Shown here one piece after another: positions 27,801 through 41,575 of a DNA stretch of 64,000 nt. Positions within the stretch are counted from its first letter, which is position 1. Each line of letters starts with the position of its first letter. A model generated the notes under the pieces. It did not search any database and was not told the origin of the DNA. It saw only the letters and a list, made by a program, of their open reading frames with translations. Source of the DNA: the human T2T-CHM13v2.0 reference genome, Homo sapiens; assembly GCF_009914755.1 (NCBI RefSeq), contig NC_060939.1; one strand, given 5' to 3'. The position numbers and the translations under genes are program-made.

Positions 27801-30382
27801 TCCATTCGATTACATTCCATGCGATTCCATTCGAAATCGAATCAATTACATTGCAATCCATTACTATTGAGTCCGTTTTATTCCAGTCCACTGCATTCTG
27901 GTCCATTCCATTTGATTCCGTTCCATTCTATTCCATTCCATACAGTTGCATTCCATTGGATTCCATGCTATATCTATAAATTCAATTCGAGACCATTGCT
28001 TTTGAGTCCATTCTATATGATTCCATTCCATTCAAGTCCATTACATTTGGTTCAATTCCATTCCATTCCATTCCCTTCCATTCCATTCCATTTGATATCA
28101 ATCCATTCGATTCCATTCCATTCGAGCACATTCCATTCGAGTCCATTCCATTCGAAGCCATTCCATTTGATTCTATTCCATTAGTCTCCATTCAATTCCA
28201 TTAATCTCCATTCCATTCCATTCTACTCCTACTGATTCCATTCCATTCTATTCCTTTCCATTCCATTTCATTCCATTCCATTCCATTCGTGTCCATTCCA
28301 CTCCAGTCCATTCCATTCGTGTCCATTCCTTTCCAGTCCATTCCATTTGTGTCCACTGCATTCCATTCCACTCCATTCCATATTATTCCATTACACTCCA
28401 TTCCATTCTATTACTTTCATTTCCATTCAATTCCATTCCATTTGATTCCATTCCACTCGGTTTCATTCCATTTGAGTCCACTCCATTCCATTCCATTCCA
28501 TTCAGTTCCATTCCATTCTGTTCCATTCCATTCCGTTCCATTACATTCCATTCCATTCGGTACCATTGCATATTGTTCCATTCGATTCCATTCGAATCCA
28601 TTCCATTCCAGTCCATTCCATTCGATTCCATTCCATTCATTTCAATTCCATTCCATTCCATTCCATTACATTCCACTTGATTCCTCTCCATTCCCTTCCA
28701 CTGCATTCCGTTCGATTCCATTCCATTGCATTGCATTCCATTCCATTGGATTGCATTCCATTCGATTCCATTCCATTCGAATCAATTACATAGCAATCCA
28801 TTGCATTCGAGTCTATTCTATTCCGTTCCATTCGATTTCGTTCCAATCCATTCGATTCCATTCCATTCGATTCCATTCCATATTATTGCATTCCATTCTA
28901 TTACATTATATTCGAATAAGTTCCATTCAAGACCATTTCTTTTGAGTCCATTCTATTTGAGTCCATTCCCTTTGATTCCATAACATTTGAGTCCATTCAA
29001 TTCCATTCCTTTCGTTTCCATTCCATTTGATGCCATTCCATTCAATTCTGTTCTACTCGACTCCAATACATTCAATTCCATTCCATCCGATTCCATTACA
29101 TTCTTTTCATTTCTTATCCATTTCAAGCCATTCCACTCCATTCCATTCCACTCGTTTCCTTTCCATTCGAGTCCATTCCTCTCCAGTCCATTCCGTTCAA
29201 TCCATTCCATTCCAGTCCATTCCATTCTTGTCCGATCCATTCCACTCCATTCCATTCGAGTCAATTCCATCCCATTCGATGTCTTTCCATAACGATCCAT
29301 TCCATTCTATTCCTTTCGATTCCATTCCATTCTATTTCATTCCATTCGAGTCCCTTCCATTGGACTCCTTTCCATTCGAGTGCATTCCATTCCGTTCCAT
29401 TTCTTTCCGTTCTGTACGATTCCTACCGTTCGATTTCATTTTGTTCCAGTCCATTCCTTTCGCGTCCATTCCATTCCATTTCACTCCATTCGATTCCATT
29501 CCACTCGATTCCACTTCGTTCCATTTCATTGCATTCCATTCTATTCAACTCTATTGCCTTCCATTCCATTCCATTCGATTACATTCCATGCGATTCCATT
29601 CGAAATCGAATCAATTACATTGCAATCCATTACTATTGAGTCCGTTTTATTCCAGTCCACTGCATTCTGGTCCATTCCATTTGATTCCATTCCATTCTAT
29701 TCCATTCCATACAGTTGCATTCCATTGGATTCCATGCTATATCTATAAATTCAATTCGAGACCATTGCTTTTGAGTCCATTCTATATGATTCCATTCCAT
29801 TCAAGTCCATTACATTTGGATCAATTCCATTCCATTCCATTCCCTTCCATTCCATTCCAGTTGATATCAGTCCTTTCGATTCCATTCCATTCGAGCACAT
29901 TCCATTCGAGTCCATTCCATTCGATGCCATTCCATTTGATTCTATTCCATTAGTCTCCATTCAATTCCATTAATCTCCATTCCATTCCATTCTACTCCAA
30001 CTGATTCCATTCCATTCTATTCCTTTCCATTCCATTTCATTCCATTCCATTCCATTTCATTCCATTCCATTCCATTCGTGTACATTCCACTCCAGTCCAC
30101 TCCACTTGTGTCCATTCCATTCCAGTCCATTCCATTTCTGTCCATTCCATTTGTGTCCACTGCATTCCATTCCACTCCATTCCATATTATTCCAATACAC
30201 TCCATTCAATTCTATCACTTTCATTTCCATTCAATTCCATTCCATTTGATTCCATTCCACTCGGTTTCATTCCATTTGAGTCCACTCCATTCCATTCCAT
30301 TCCATTCCATTCAGTTCCATTCCATTCTGTTCCATTCCATTCTGTTCCATTCCATTCCGTTCCATTACATTCCATTCCATTC

Positions 30383-30388
30383 GGGACC
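30383..30388 (+). other. Mutated KpnI site (GGTACC to GGGACC)
   Basis: TCGGGACCAT at 30381-30390, whereas the other full-length monomers read TCGGTACCAT. Confidence 0.9.
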
Positions 30389-33300
30389 ATTCCATATTGT
30401 TCCATTCGATTCCATTCGAATCCATTCCATTCCAGTCCATTCCATTCGATTCCATTCCATTCATTTCAATTCCATTCCATTCCATTCCATTCCATTCCAC
30501 TTGATTCCTCTCCATTCCCTTCCACTGCATTCCGTTCGATTCCATTCCATTGCATTGCATTCCATTCCATTGGATTGCATTCCATTCGATTCCATTCCAT
30601 TCGAATCAATTACATAGCAATCCATTACATTCGAGTCTATTCTATTCCGTTCCATTCGATTTCGTTCCAATCCATTCGATTCCATTCCATTCGATTCCAT
30701 TCCATACTATTGCATTCCTTTCTATTACATTATATTCGAATAAGTTCCATTCAAGACCATTTCTTTTGAGTCCATTCTATTTGAGTCCATTCCCTTTGAT
30801 TCCATAACATTTGAGTCCATTCAATTCCATTCCTTTCGTTTCCATTCCATTTGATGCCATTCCATTCAATTCTGTTCTACCCGACTCCAATACATTCAAT
30901 TCCATTCCATCAGATTCCATTACATTCTTTTCATTTCTTATCCATTTCAAGCCATTCCACTCCATTCCATTCCACTCGTTTCCTTTCCATTCGAGTCCAT
31001 TCCTCTCCAGTCCATTCCGTTCAATCCATTCCATTCCAGTCCATTCCATTCGAGTCCGTTCCATTCCAGTCCATTCCATTCGAGTCAATTCCATCCCATT
31101 CGATGTCTTTCCATAACGATCCATTCCATTCTATTCCTTTCGATTCCATTCCATTCTATTTCATTCCATTCGATTCCCTTCCATTGGACTCCTTTCCATT
31201 CGAGTGCATTCCATTCCGTTCCATTTCTTTCCGTTCTGTACGATTCCTACCGTTCGATTTCATTTTGTTCCAGTCCATTCCTTTCGCGTCCATTCCATTC
31301 CATTTCACTCCATTCGATTCCATTCCACTCGATTCCACTTCGTTCCATTTCATTGCATTCCATTCTATTCAACTCTATTGCCTTCCATTCCATTCCATTC
31401 GATTACATTCCATGCGATTCCATTCGAAATCGAATCAATTACATTGCAATCCATTACTATTGGGTCCGTTTTATTCCAGTCCACTGCATTCTGGTCCATT
31501 CCATTTGATTCCATTCCATTCTATTCCATTCCATACAGTTGCATTCCATTGGATTCCATGCTATATGTATAAATTCAATTCGAGACCATTGCTTTTGAGT
31601 CCATTCTATATGATTCCATTCCATTCAAGTACATTACATTTGGTTCAATTCCATTCCATTCCATTCCCTTCCATTCCATTCCATTTGATATCAATCCATT
31701 CGATTCCATTCCATTCGAGCACATTCCATTCGAGTCCATTCCATTCGATGCCATTCCATTTGATTCTATTCCATTAGTCTCCATTCAATTCCATTTATCT
31801 CCATTCCATTCCATTCTAATCCAACTGATTCCATTCCATTCTATTCCTTTCCATTCCATTTCATTCCATTCCATTCCATTTCATTCCATTCCATTCCATT
31901 CCATTCCATTCGCTTCCATTCCATTCGTGTCCATTCCATTCCAGTCCATTCCATTTGTGTCCACTGCATTCCATTCCACTCCATTCCATATTATTCCATT
32001 ACACTCCCTTCCATTCTATTACTTTCATTTCCATTCAATTCCATTCCATTTGATTCCATTCCACTCGGTTTCATTCCATTTGAGTCCACTCCATTCCATT
32101 CCATTCCATTCCATTCAGTTCCATTCCATTCTGTTCCATTCCATTCCGTTCCATTACATTCCATTCCATTCGGTACCATTCCATATTGTTCCATTCGATT
32201 CCATTCGAATCCATTCCATTCCAGTCCATTCCATTCGATTCCATTCCATTCATTTCAATTCCATTCCATTCCATTCCATTCCATTCCACTTGATTCCTCT
32301 CCATTCCCTTCCACTGCATTCCGTTCGATTCCATTCCATTGCATTGCATTCCATTCCATTGGATTGCATTCCATTCGATTCCATTCCATTCGAATCAATT
32401 ACATAGCAATCCATTACATTCGAGTCTATTCTATTCCGTTCCATTCGATTTCGTTCCAATCCATTCGATTCCATTCCATTCGATTCCATTCCATACTATT
32501 GCATTCCATTCTATTACATTATATTCGAATAAGTTCCATTCAAGACCATTTCTTTTGAGTCCATTCTATTTGAGTCCATTCCCTTTGATTCCATAACATT
32601 TGAGTCCATTCAATTCCATTCCTTTCGTTTCCATTCCATTTGATGCCATTCCATTCAATTCTGTTCTACCCGACTCCAATACATTCAATTCCATTCCATC
32701 CGATTCCATTACATTCTTTTCATTTCTTATCCATTTCAAGCCATTCCACTCCATTCCATTCCACTCGTTTCCTTTCCATTCGAGTCCATTCCTCTCCAGT
32801 CCATTCCGTTCAATCCATTCCATTCCAGTCCATTCCATTCGAGTCCGTTCCATTCCAGTCCATTCCATTCGAGTCAATTCCATCCCATTCGATGTCTTTC
32901 CATAACGATCCATTCCATTCTATTCCTTTCGATTCCATTCCATTCTATTTCATTCCATTCGATTCCCTTCCATTGGACTCCTTTCCATTCGAGTGCATTC
33001 CATTCCGTTCCATTTCTTTCCGTTCTGTACGATTCCTACCGTTCGATTTCATTTTGTTCCAGTCCATTCCTTTCGCGTCCATTCCATTCCATTTCACTCC
33101 ATTCGATTCCATTCCACTCGATTCCACTTCGTTCCATTTCATTGCATTCCATTCTATTCAACTCTATTGCCTTCCATTCCATTCCATTCGATTACATTCC
33201 ATGCGATTCCATTCGAAATCGAATCAATTACATTGCAATCCATTACTATTGGGTCCGTTTTATTCCAGTCCACTGCATTCTGGTCCATTCCATTTGATTC

Positions 33301-36300
33301 CATTCCATTCTATTCCATTCCATACAGTTGCATTCCATTGGATTCCATGCTATATGTATAAATTCAATTCGAGACCATTGCTTTTGAGTCCATTCTATAT
33401 GATTCCATTCCATTCAAGTCCATTACATTTGGTTCAATTCCATTCCATTCCATTCCATTCCCTTCCATTCCATTCCATTTGATATCAATCCATTCGATTC
33501 CATTCCATTCGAGCACATTCCATTCGAGTCCATTCCATTCGATGCCATTCCATTTGATTCTATTCCATTAGTCTCCATTCAATTCCATTAATCTCCATTC
33601 CATTCCATTTTACTAAAACTGATTCCATTCCATTCTATTCCTTTCCATTCCATTTCATTCCATTCCATTCCATTCCATTCCATTCGTGTCCATTCGTGTC
33701 CATTCCACTCCAGTCCATTCCATTCGTGTCCATTCCATTCCAGTCCATTCCATTTGTGTCCACTGCATTCCATTCCACTCCATTCCATATTATTCCAATA
33801 CACTCCATTCCATTCTATTACTTTCATTTCCATTCAATTCCATTCCATTTGATTCCATTCCACTCGGTTTCATTCCATTTGAGTCCACTCCATTCCATTC
33901 CATTCCATTCCATTCAGTTCCATTCCATTCTGTTCCATTCCATTCCGTTCCATTACATTCCATTCCATTCGGTACCATTCCATATTGTTCCATTCGATTC
34001 CATTCGAATCCATTCCATTCCAGTCCATTCCATTCGATTCCATTCCATTCATTTCAATTCCATTCCATTCCATTCCATTACATTCCACTTGATTCCTCTC
34101 CATTCCCTTCCACTGCATTCCGTTCGATTCCATTCCATTGCATTGCATTCCATTCCATTGGATTGCATTCCATTCGATTCCATTCCATTCGAATCAATTA
34201 CATAGCAATCCATTACATTCGAGTCTATTCTCTTCCGTTCCATTCGATTTCGTTCCAATCCATTCGATTCCATTCCATTCGATTCCTTTCCATACTATTG
34301 CATTTCATTCGATTACATTATATTCGAATAAGTTCCATTCAAGACCATTTCTTTTGAGTCCATTCTATTTGAGTCTATTCCCTTTGATTCCATAACATTT
34401 GAGTCCATTCAATTCCATTCCTTTCGTTTCCATTCCATTTGATGCCATTCCATTCAATTCTGTTCTACTCGACTCCAATACATTCAATTCCATTCCATCC
34501 GATTCCATTACATTCTTTTCATTTCTTATCCATTTCAAGCCATTCCACTCCATTCCATTCCACTCGTTTCCTTTCCATTCGAGTCCATTCCTCTCCAGTC
34601 CATTCCGTTCAATCCATTCCATTCCAGTCCATTCCATTCGAGTCCGTTCCATTCCAGTCCATTCCATTCCAGTCAATTCCATCCCATTCGATGTCTTTCC
34701 ATAGCGATCCATTCCATTCTATTCCTTTCAATTCCATTCCATTCTATTTCATTCCATTCGATTCCCTTCCATTGGACTCCTTTCCATTCGAGTGCATTCC
34801 ATTCCGTTCCATTTCTTTCCGTTCTGTACGATTCCTACCGTTCGATTTCATTTTGTTCCAGTCCATTCCTTTCGCGTCCATTCCATTCCATTTCACTCCA
34901 TTCGATTCCATTCCACTCGATTCCACTTCGTTCCATTTCATTGCATTCCATTCTATTCAACTCTATTGCCTTCCATTCCATTCCATTCGATTACATTCCA
35001 TGCGATTCCATTCGAAACCGAATCAATTACATTGCAATCCATTACAATTGAGTCCGTTTTATTCCAGTCCACTGCATTCTGGTCCATTCCATTTGATTCC
35101 ATTCCATTCTATTCCATTCCATACAGTTGCATTCCTTTGGATTCCATGCTATATATATAAATTCAATTCGAGACCATTGCTTTTGAGTCCATTCTACATG
35201 ATTCCATTCCATTGAAGTCCATTACATTTGGTTCAATTCCATTCCATTCCATTCCCTTCCATTCCATTCCAGTTGATATCAATCCATTCGATTCCATTCC
35301 ATTCGAGCACATTCCATTCGAGTCCATTCCATTCGATGCCATTCCATTTGATTCTATTCCATTAGTCTCCATTCAATTCCATTAATCTCCATTCCATTCC
35401 ATTCTACTCCAACTGATTCCATTCCATTCTATTCCTTTCCATTCCATTTCATTCCATTCCATTCCATTTCATTCCATTCCATTCCATTCGCTTCCATTCC
35501 ATTCGTGTCCATTCCACTCCAGTCCATTCCATTCGTGTCCATTCCATTCCAGTCCATTCCATTTGTGTCCACTGCATTCCATTCCACTCCATTCCATATT
35601 ATTCCATTACACTCCCTTCCATTCTATTACTTTCATTTCCATTCAATTCCATTCCATTTGATTCCATTCCACTCGGTTTCATTCCATTTGAGTCCACTCC
35701 ATTCCATTCCATTCCATTCCATTCAGTTCCATTCCATTCTGTTCCATTCCATTCCGTTCCATTACATTCCATTCCATTCGGTACCATTCCATATTGTTCC
35801 ATTCGATTCCATTCGAATCCATTCCATTCCAGTCCATTCCATTCGATTCCATTCCATTCATTTCAATTCCATTCCATTCCATTCCATTACATTCCACTTG
35901 ATTCCTCTCCATTCCCTTCCACTGCATTCCGTTCGATTCCTTTCCATTGCATTGCATTCCATTCCATTGGATTGCATTCCATTCGATTCCATTCCATTCG
36001 AATCAATTACATAGCAATCCATTACATTCGAGTCTATTCTATTCCGTTCCATTCGATTTCGTTCCAATCCATTCGATTCCATTCCATTCGATTCCATTCC
36101 ATACCATTGCATTCCATTCAATTACATTATATTCGAATAATTTCCATTCAAGACCATTTCTTTTGAGTCCATTCTATTTGAGTCCATTCCCTTTGATTCC
36201 TTAACATTTGAGTCCATTCAATTCCATTCCTTTCGTTTCCATTCCATTTGATGCCATTCCATTCAATTCTGTTCTACTCGACTCCAATACATTCAATTCC

Positions 36301-39300
36301 ATTCCATCCGATTCCATTACATTCTTTTCATTTCTTATCCATTTCAAGCCATTCCACTCCATTCCATTCCACTCGTTTCCTTTCCATTCGAGTCCATTCC
36401 TCTCCAGTCCATTCCGTTCAATCCATTCCATTCCAGTCCATTCCATTCGAGTCCGTTCCATTCCAGTCCATTCCATTCGAGTCAATTCCATTCCATTCGA
36501 TGTCTTTCCATAACGATCCATTCCATTCTATTCCTTTCGATTCCATTCCATTCTATTTCATTCCATTCGATTCCCTTCCATTGGACTCCTTTCCATTCGA
36601 GTGCATTCCATTCCTTTCCATTTCTTTCCGTTCTGTACGATTCCTACCGTTCGATTTCATTTTGTTCCAGTCCATTCCTTTCGCGTCCATTCCATTCCAT
36701 TTCACTCCATTCGATTCCATTCCACTCGATTCCACTTCGTTCCATTTCATTTCATTCCATTCTATTCAACTCTATTGCCTTCCATTCCATTCCATTCGAT
36801 TACATTCCATGCGATTCCATTCGAAATCGAATCAATTACATTGCAATCCATTACTATTGAGTCCGTTTTATTCCAGTCCACTGCATTCTGGTCCATTCCA
36901 TTTGATTCCATTCCATTCTATTACATTCCATACAGTTGCATTCCATTGGATTCCATGCTATATCTATAAATTCAATTCGAGACCATTGCTTTTGAGTCCA
37001 TTCTATATGATTCCATTCCATTCAAGTCCATTACATTTGGTTCAATTCCATTCCATTCCATTCCCTTCCATTCCATTCCATTTGATATCAATCCATTCGA
37101 TTCCATTCCATTCGAGCACATTCCATTCGAGTCCATTCCATTCGATGCCATTCCATTTGATTCTATTCCATTAGTCTCCATTCAATTCCATTAATCTCCA
37201 TTCCATTCCATTCTACTCCAACTGATTCCATTCCATTCTATTCCTTTCCATTCCATTTCATTCCATTCCATTCCATTTCATTCCATTCCATTCCATTCGT
37301 GTCCATTCCACTCCAGTCCATTCCATTCGTGTCCATTCCATTCCAGTCCATTCCATTTGTGTCCACTGCATTCCATTCCAATCCATTCCATATTATTCCA
37401 TTACACTCCATTCCATTCTATTACTATCATTTCCATTCAATTCCATTCCATTTGATTCCATTCCACTCGGTTTCATTCCATTTGAGTCCACTCCATTCCA
37501 TTCCATTCCATTCCATTCAGTTCCATTCCATTCTGTTCCATTCCATTCCGTTCTATTACATTCCATTCCATTCGGTACCATTCCATATTGTTCCATTCGA
37601 TTCCAGTCGAATCCATTCCATTCCAGTCCATTCCATTCGATTCCATTCCATTCATTTCAATTCCATTCCATTCCATTCCATTACATTCCACTTGATTCCT
37701 CTCCATTCCCTTCCACTGCATTCCGTTCAATTCCATTCCATTGCATTGCATTCCATTCCATTGGATTGCATTCCATTCGATTCCATTCCATTCGAATCAA
37801 TTACATAGCAATCCATTACATTCGAGTCTATTCTATTCCGTTCCATTCGATTTCGTTCCACTCCATTCGATTCCATTCCATTCGATTCTATTCCATACCA
37901 TTGCATTCCATTCGATTACATTATATTCGAATAAGTTCCATTCAAGACCATTTCTTTTGAGTCCATTCTATTTGAGTCCATTCCCTTTGATTACATAACA
38001 TTTGAGTCCATTCAATTCCATTCCTTTCGTTTCCATTCCATTTGATGCCATTCCATTCAATTCTGTTCTACTCGACTCCAATACATTCAATTCCATTCCA
38101 TCCGATTCCATTACATTCTTTTCATTTCTTATCCATTTCAAGCCATTCCACTCCATTCCATTCCACTCGTTTCCTTTCCATTCGAGTCCATTCCTCTCCA
38201 GTCCATTCCGTTCAATCCATTCCGTTCCAGTCCATTCCATTGGAGTCCGTTCCATTCCAGTCCATTCCATTCGAGTCAATTCCATCCCATTCGATGTCTT
38301 TCCATAACGATCCATTCCATTCTATTCCTTTCGATTCCATTCCATTCTATTTCATTCCATTCGATTCCCTTCCATTGGACTCCTTTCCATTCGAGTGCAT
38401 TCCATTCCGTTCCATTTCTTTCCGTTCTGTACGATTCCTACCGTTCGATTTCATTTTGTTCCAGTCCATTCCTTTCGCGTCCATTCCATTCCATTTCACT
38501 CCATTCGATTCCATTCCACTCGATTCCACTTCGTTCCATTTCATTGCATTCCATTCTATTCAACTCTATTGCCTTCCATTCCATTCCATTCGATTACATT
38601 CCATGCGATTCCATTCGAAATCGAATCAATTACATTGCAATCCATAACTATTGAGTCCATTTTATTCCAGTCCACTGCATTCTGGTCCATTCCATTTGAT
38701 TCCATTCCATTCTATTCCATTCCATACAGTTGCATTCCATTGGATTCCATTCTATATCTATAAATTCAATTCGAGACCATTGCTTTTGAGTCCATTCTAT
38801 ATGATTCCATTCCATTCAAGTCCATTACATTTGGTTCAATTCCATTCCATTCCATTCCCTTCCATTCCATTCCAGTTGATATCAATCCATTCGATTCCAT
38901 TCCATTCGAGCACATTCCATTCGAGTCCATTCAATTCGATGCCATTCCATTTGGTTCTATTCCATTAGTCTCCATTCAATTCCATTAATCTCCATTCCAT
39001 TCCATTCTACTCCAACTGATTCCATTCCATTCTATTCCTTTCCATTCCATTTCATTCCATTCCATTCCATTTCATTCCATTCCATTCCATTCCATTCCAT
39101 TCGCTTCCATTCCATTCGTGTCCATTCCATTCCAGTCCATTCCATTTGTGTCCACTGCATTCCATTCCACTCCATTCCATATTATTCCATTACACTCCAT
39201 TCCATTGTATTACTTTCATTTCCATTCAATTCCATTCCATTTGATTCCATTCCACTCGGTTTCAATCCATTTGGGTCCACTCCATTCCATTCCATTCCAT

Positions 39301-41365
39301 TCCATTCAGTTCCATTCCATTCTATTCCATTCCATTCCGTTCCATTGCATTCCATTCCATTCGGTACCATTCCATATTGTTCCATTCGATTCCATTCGAA
39401 TCCATTCCATTCCAGTCCATTCCATTCGATTCCATTCCATTCCTTTCAATTCCATTCCATTCCATTCCATTCCACTTGATTCCACTCCATTCCCTTCCAC
39501 TGCATTCCATTCGATTCCATTCCATTGCATTGCATTCCATTCCATTGGACTGCATTCCATTCGATTCCATTCCATTCGAATCAATTACATAGCAATCCAT
39601 TACATTCGAGTCTATTCTATTCCGTTCAATTCGATTTCGTTCCAATCCATTCGATTCCATTCCATTCGATTCCATTCCATACTATTGCATTCCATTCTAT
39701 TACATTATATTCGAATAAGTTCCATTCAAGACCATTTCTTTTGAGTCCATTCTATTTGAGTGCATTCCCTTTGATTCCATAACATTTGAGTCCATTCAAT
39801 TCCATTCCTTTCGTTTCCATTCCATTTGATGCCATTCCATTCAATTCTGTTCTACTCGACTCCAATACATTCAATTCCATTCCATCCGATTCCATTACAT
39901 TCTTTTCATTTCTTATCCATTTCAAGCCATTCCACTCCATTCCATTCCACTCGTTTCCTTTCCATTCGAGTCCATTCCTCTCCAGTCCATTCCGTTCAAT
40001 CCATTCCATTCCAGTCCATTCCATTCGAGTCCGTTCCATTCCAGTCCATTCCATTCGAGTTAATTCCATCCCATTCGATGTCTTTCCATAACGATCCATT
40101 CCATTCTATTCCTTTCAATTCCATTCCATTCTATTTCATTCCATTCGATTCCCTTCCATTGGACTCCTTTCCATTCGAGTGCATTCCATTCCGTTCCATT
40201 TCTTTCCGTTCTGTACGATTCCTACCGTTCGATTTCATTTTGTTCCAGTCCATTCCTTTCGCGTCCATTCCATTCCATTTCACTCCATTCGATTCCATTC
40301 CACTCGATTCCACTTCGTTCCATTTCATTGCATTCCATTCTTTTCAACTCTATTGCCTTCCATTCCATTCCATTCGATTACATTCCATGCGATTCCATTC
40401 GAAATCGAATCAATTACATTGCAATCCATTACTATTGAGTCCGTTTTATTCCAGTCCACTGCATTCTGGTCCATTCCATTTGATTCCATTCCATTCTATT
40501 CCATTCCACACAGTTGCATTCCATTGGATTCCATGCTATATATATAAATTCAATTCGAGACCATTGCTTTTGAGTCCATTCTATATGATTCCATTCCATT
40601 CAAGTCCATTACATTTGGTTCAATTCCATTCCATTCCATTCCCTTCCATTCCATTCCATTTGATATCAATCCATTCGATTCCATTATATTCGAGCACATT
40701 CAATTCGAGTCCATTCCATTCGATGCCATTCCATTTGATTCTATTCCATTAGTCTCCATTCAATTCCATTAATCTCCATTCCATTCCATTCTACTCCAAC
40801 TGATTCCATTCCATTCTATTCCTTTCCATTTCATTCCATTCCATTCCATTCCATTCCATTCCATTCCATTCGTGTCCATTCCACTCCAGTCCATTCCATT
40901 CGTGTCCATTCCATTGCAGTCCGTTCCATTTGTGTCCACTGCATTCCATTCCACTCCATTCCATATTATTCCATTACACTCCATTCCATTCTATTACTTT
41001 CATTTCCATTCAATTCCATTCCATTTAATTCCATTCCACTCGGTTTCATTCCATTTGAGTCCACTCCATTCCATTCCATTGCATTCCATTCACTTCCATT
41101 CCATTCTGTTCCATTCCATTCCGTTCCATTACATTCCATTCCATTCGGTACCATTCCATATTGTTCCATTCGATTCCATTCGAATCCATTCCATTCCAGT
41201 CCATTCCATTCGATTCCATTCCATTCATTTCAATTCCATTCCATTCCATTCCATTACATTCCACTTGATTCCTCTCCATTCCCTTCCACTGCATTCCGTT
41301 CGATTCCATTCCATTGCATTGCATTCCATTCCATTGGATTGCATTCCATTCGATTCCATTCCATT

Positions 41366-41575
41366 CGAATCAATTACATAGCAATCCATTACATTCGAGT
41401 CTATTCTCTTCCGTTCCATTCGATTTCGTTCCAATAAATTCGATTCCATTCCATTCGATTCCATTCCATTCGAATCAATTACATAGCAATCCATTACATT
41501 CGAGTCTATTCTCTTCCGTTCCATTCGATTTCGTTCCAATCCATTCGATTCCATTCCATTCGATTCCATTCCATA
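41366..41575 (+). repeat. 105-bp tandem duplication within one monomer (monomer length 1894 bp)
   Basis: CGAATCAATTACATAGCAATCC... starts at both 41366 and 41471. Landmark spacing 39786 to 41680 is 1894 = 1789+105. Confidence 0.92.
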
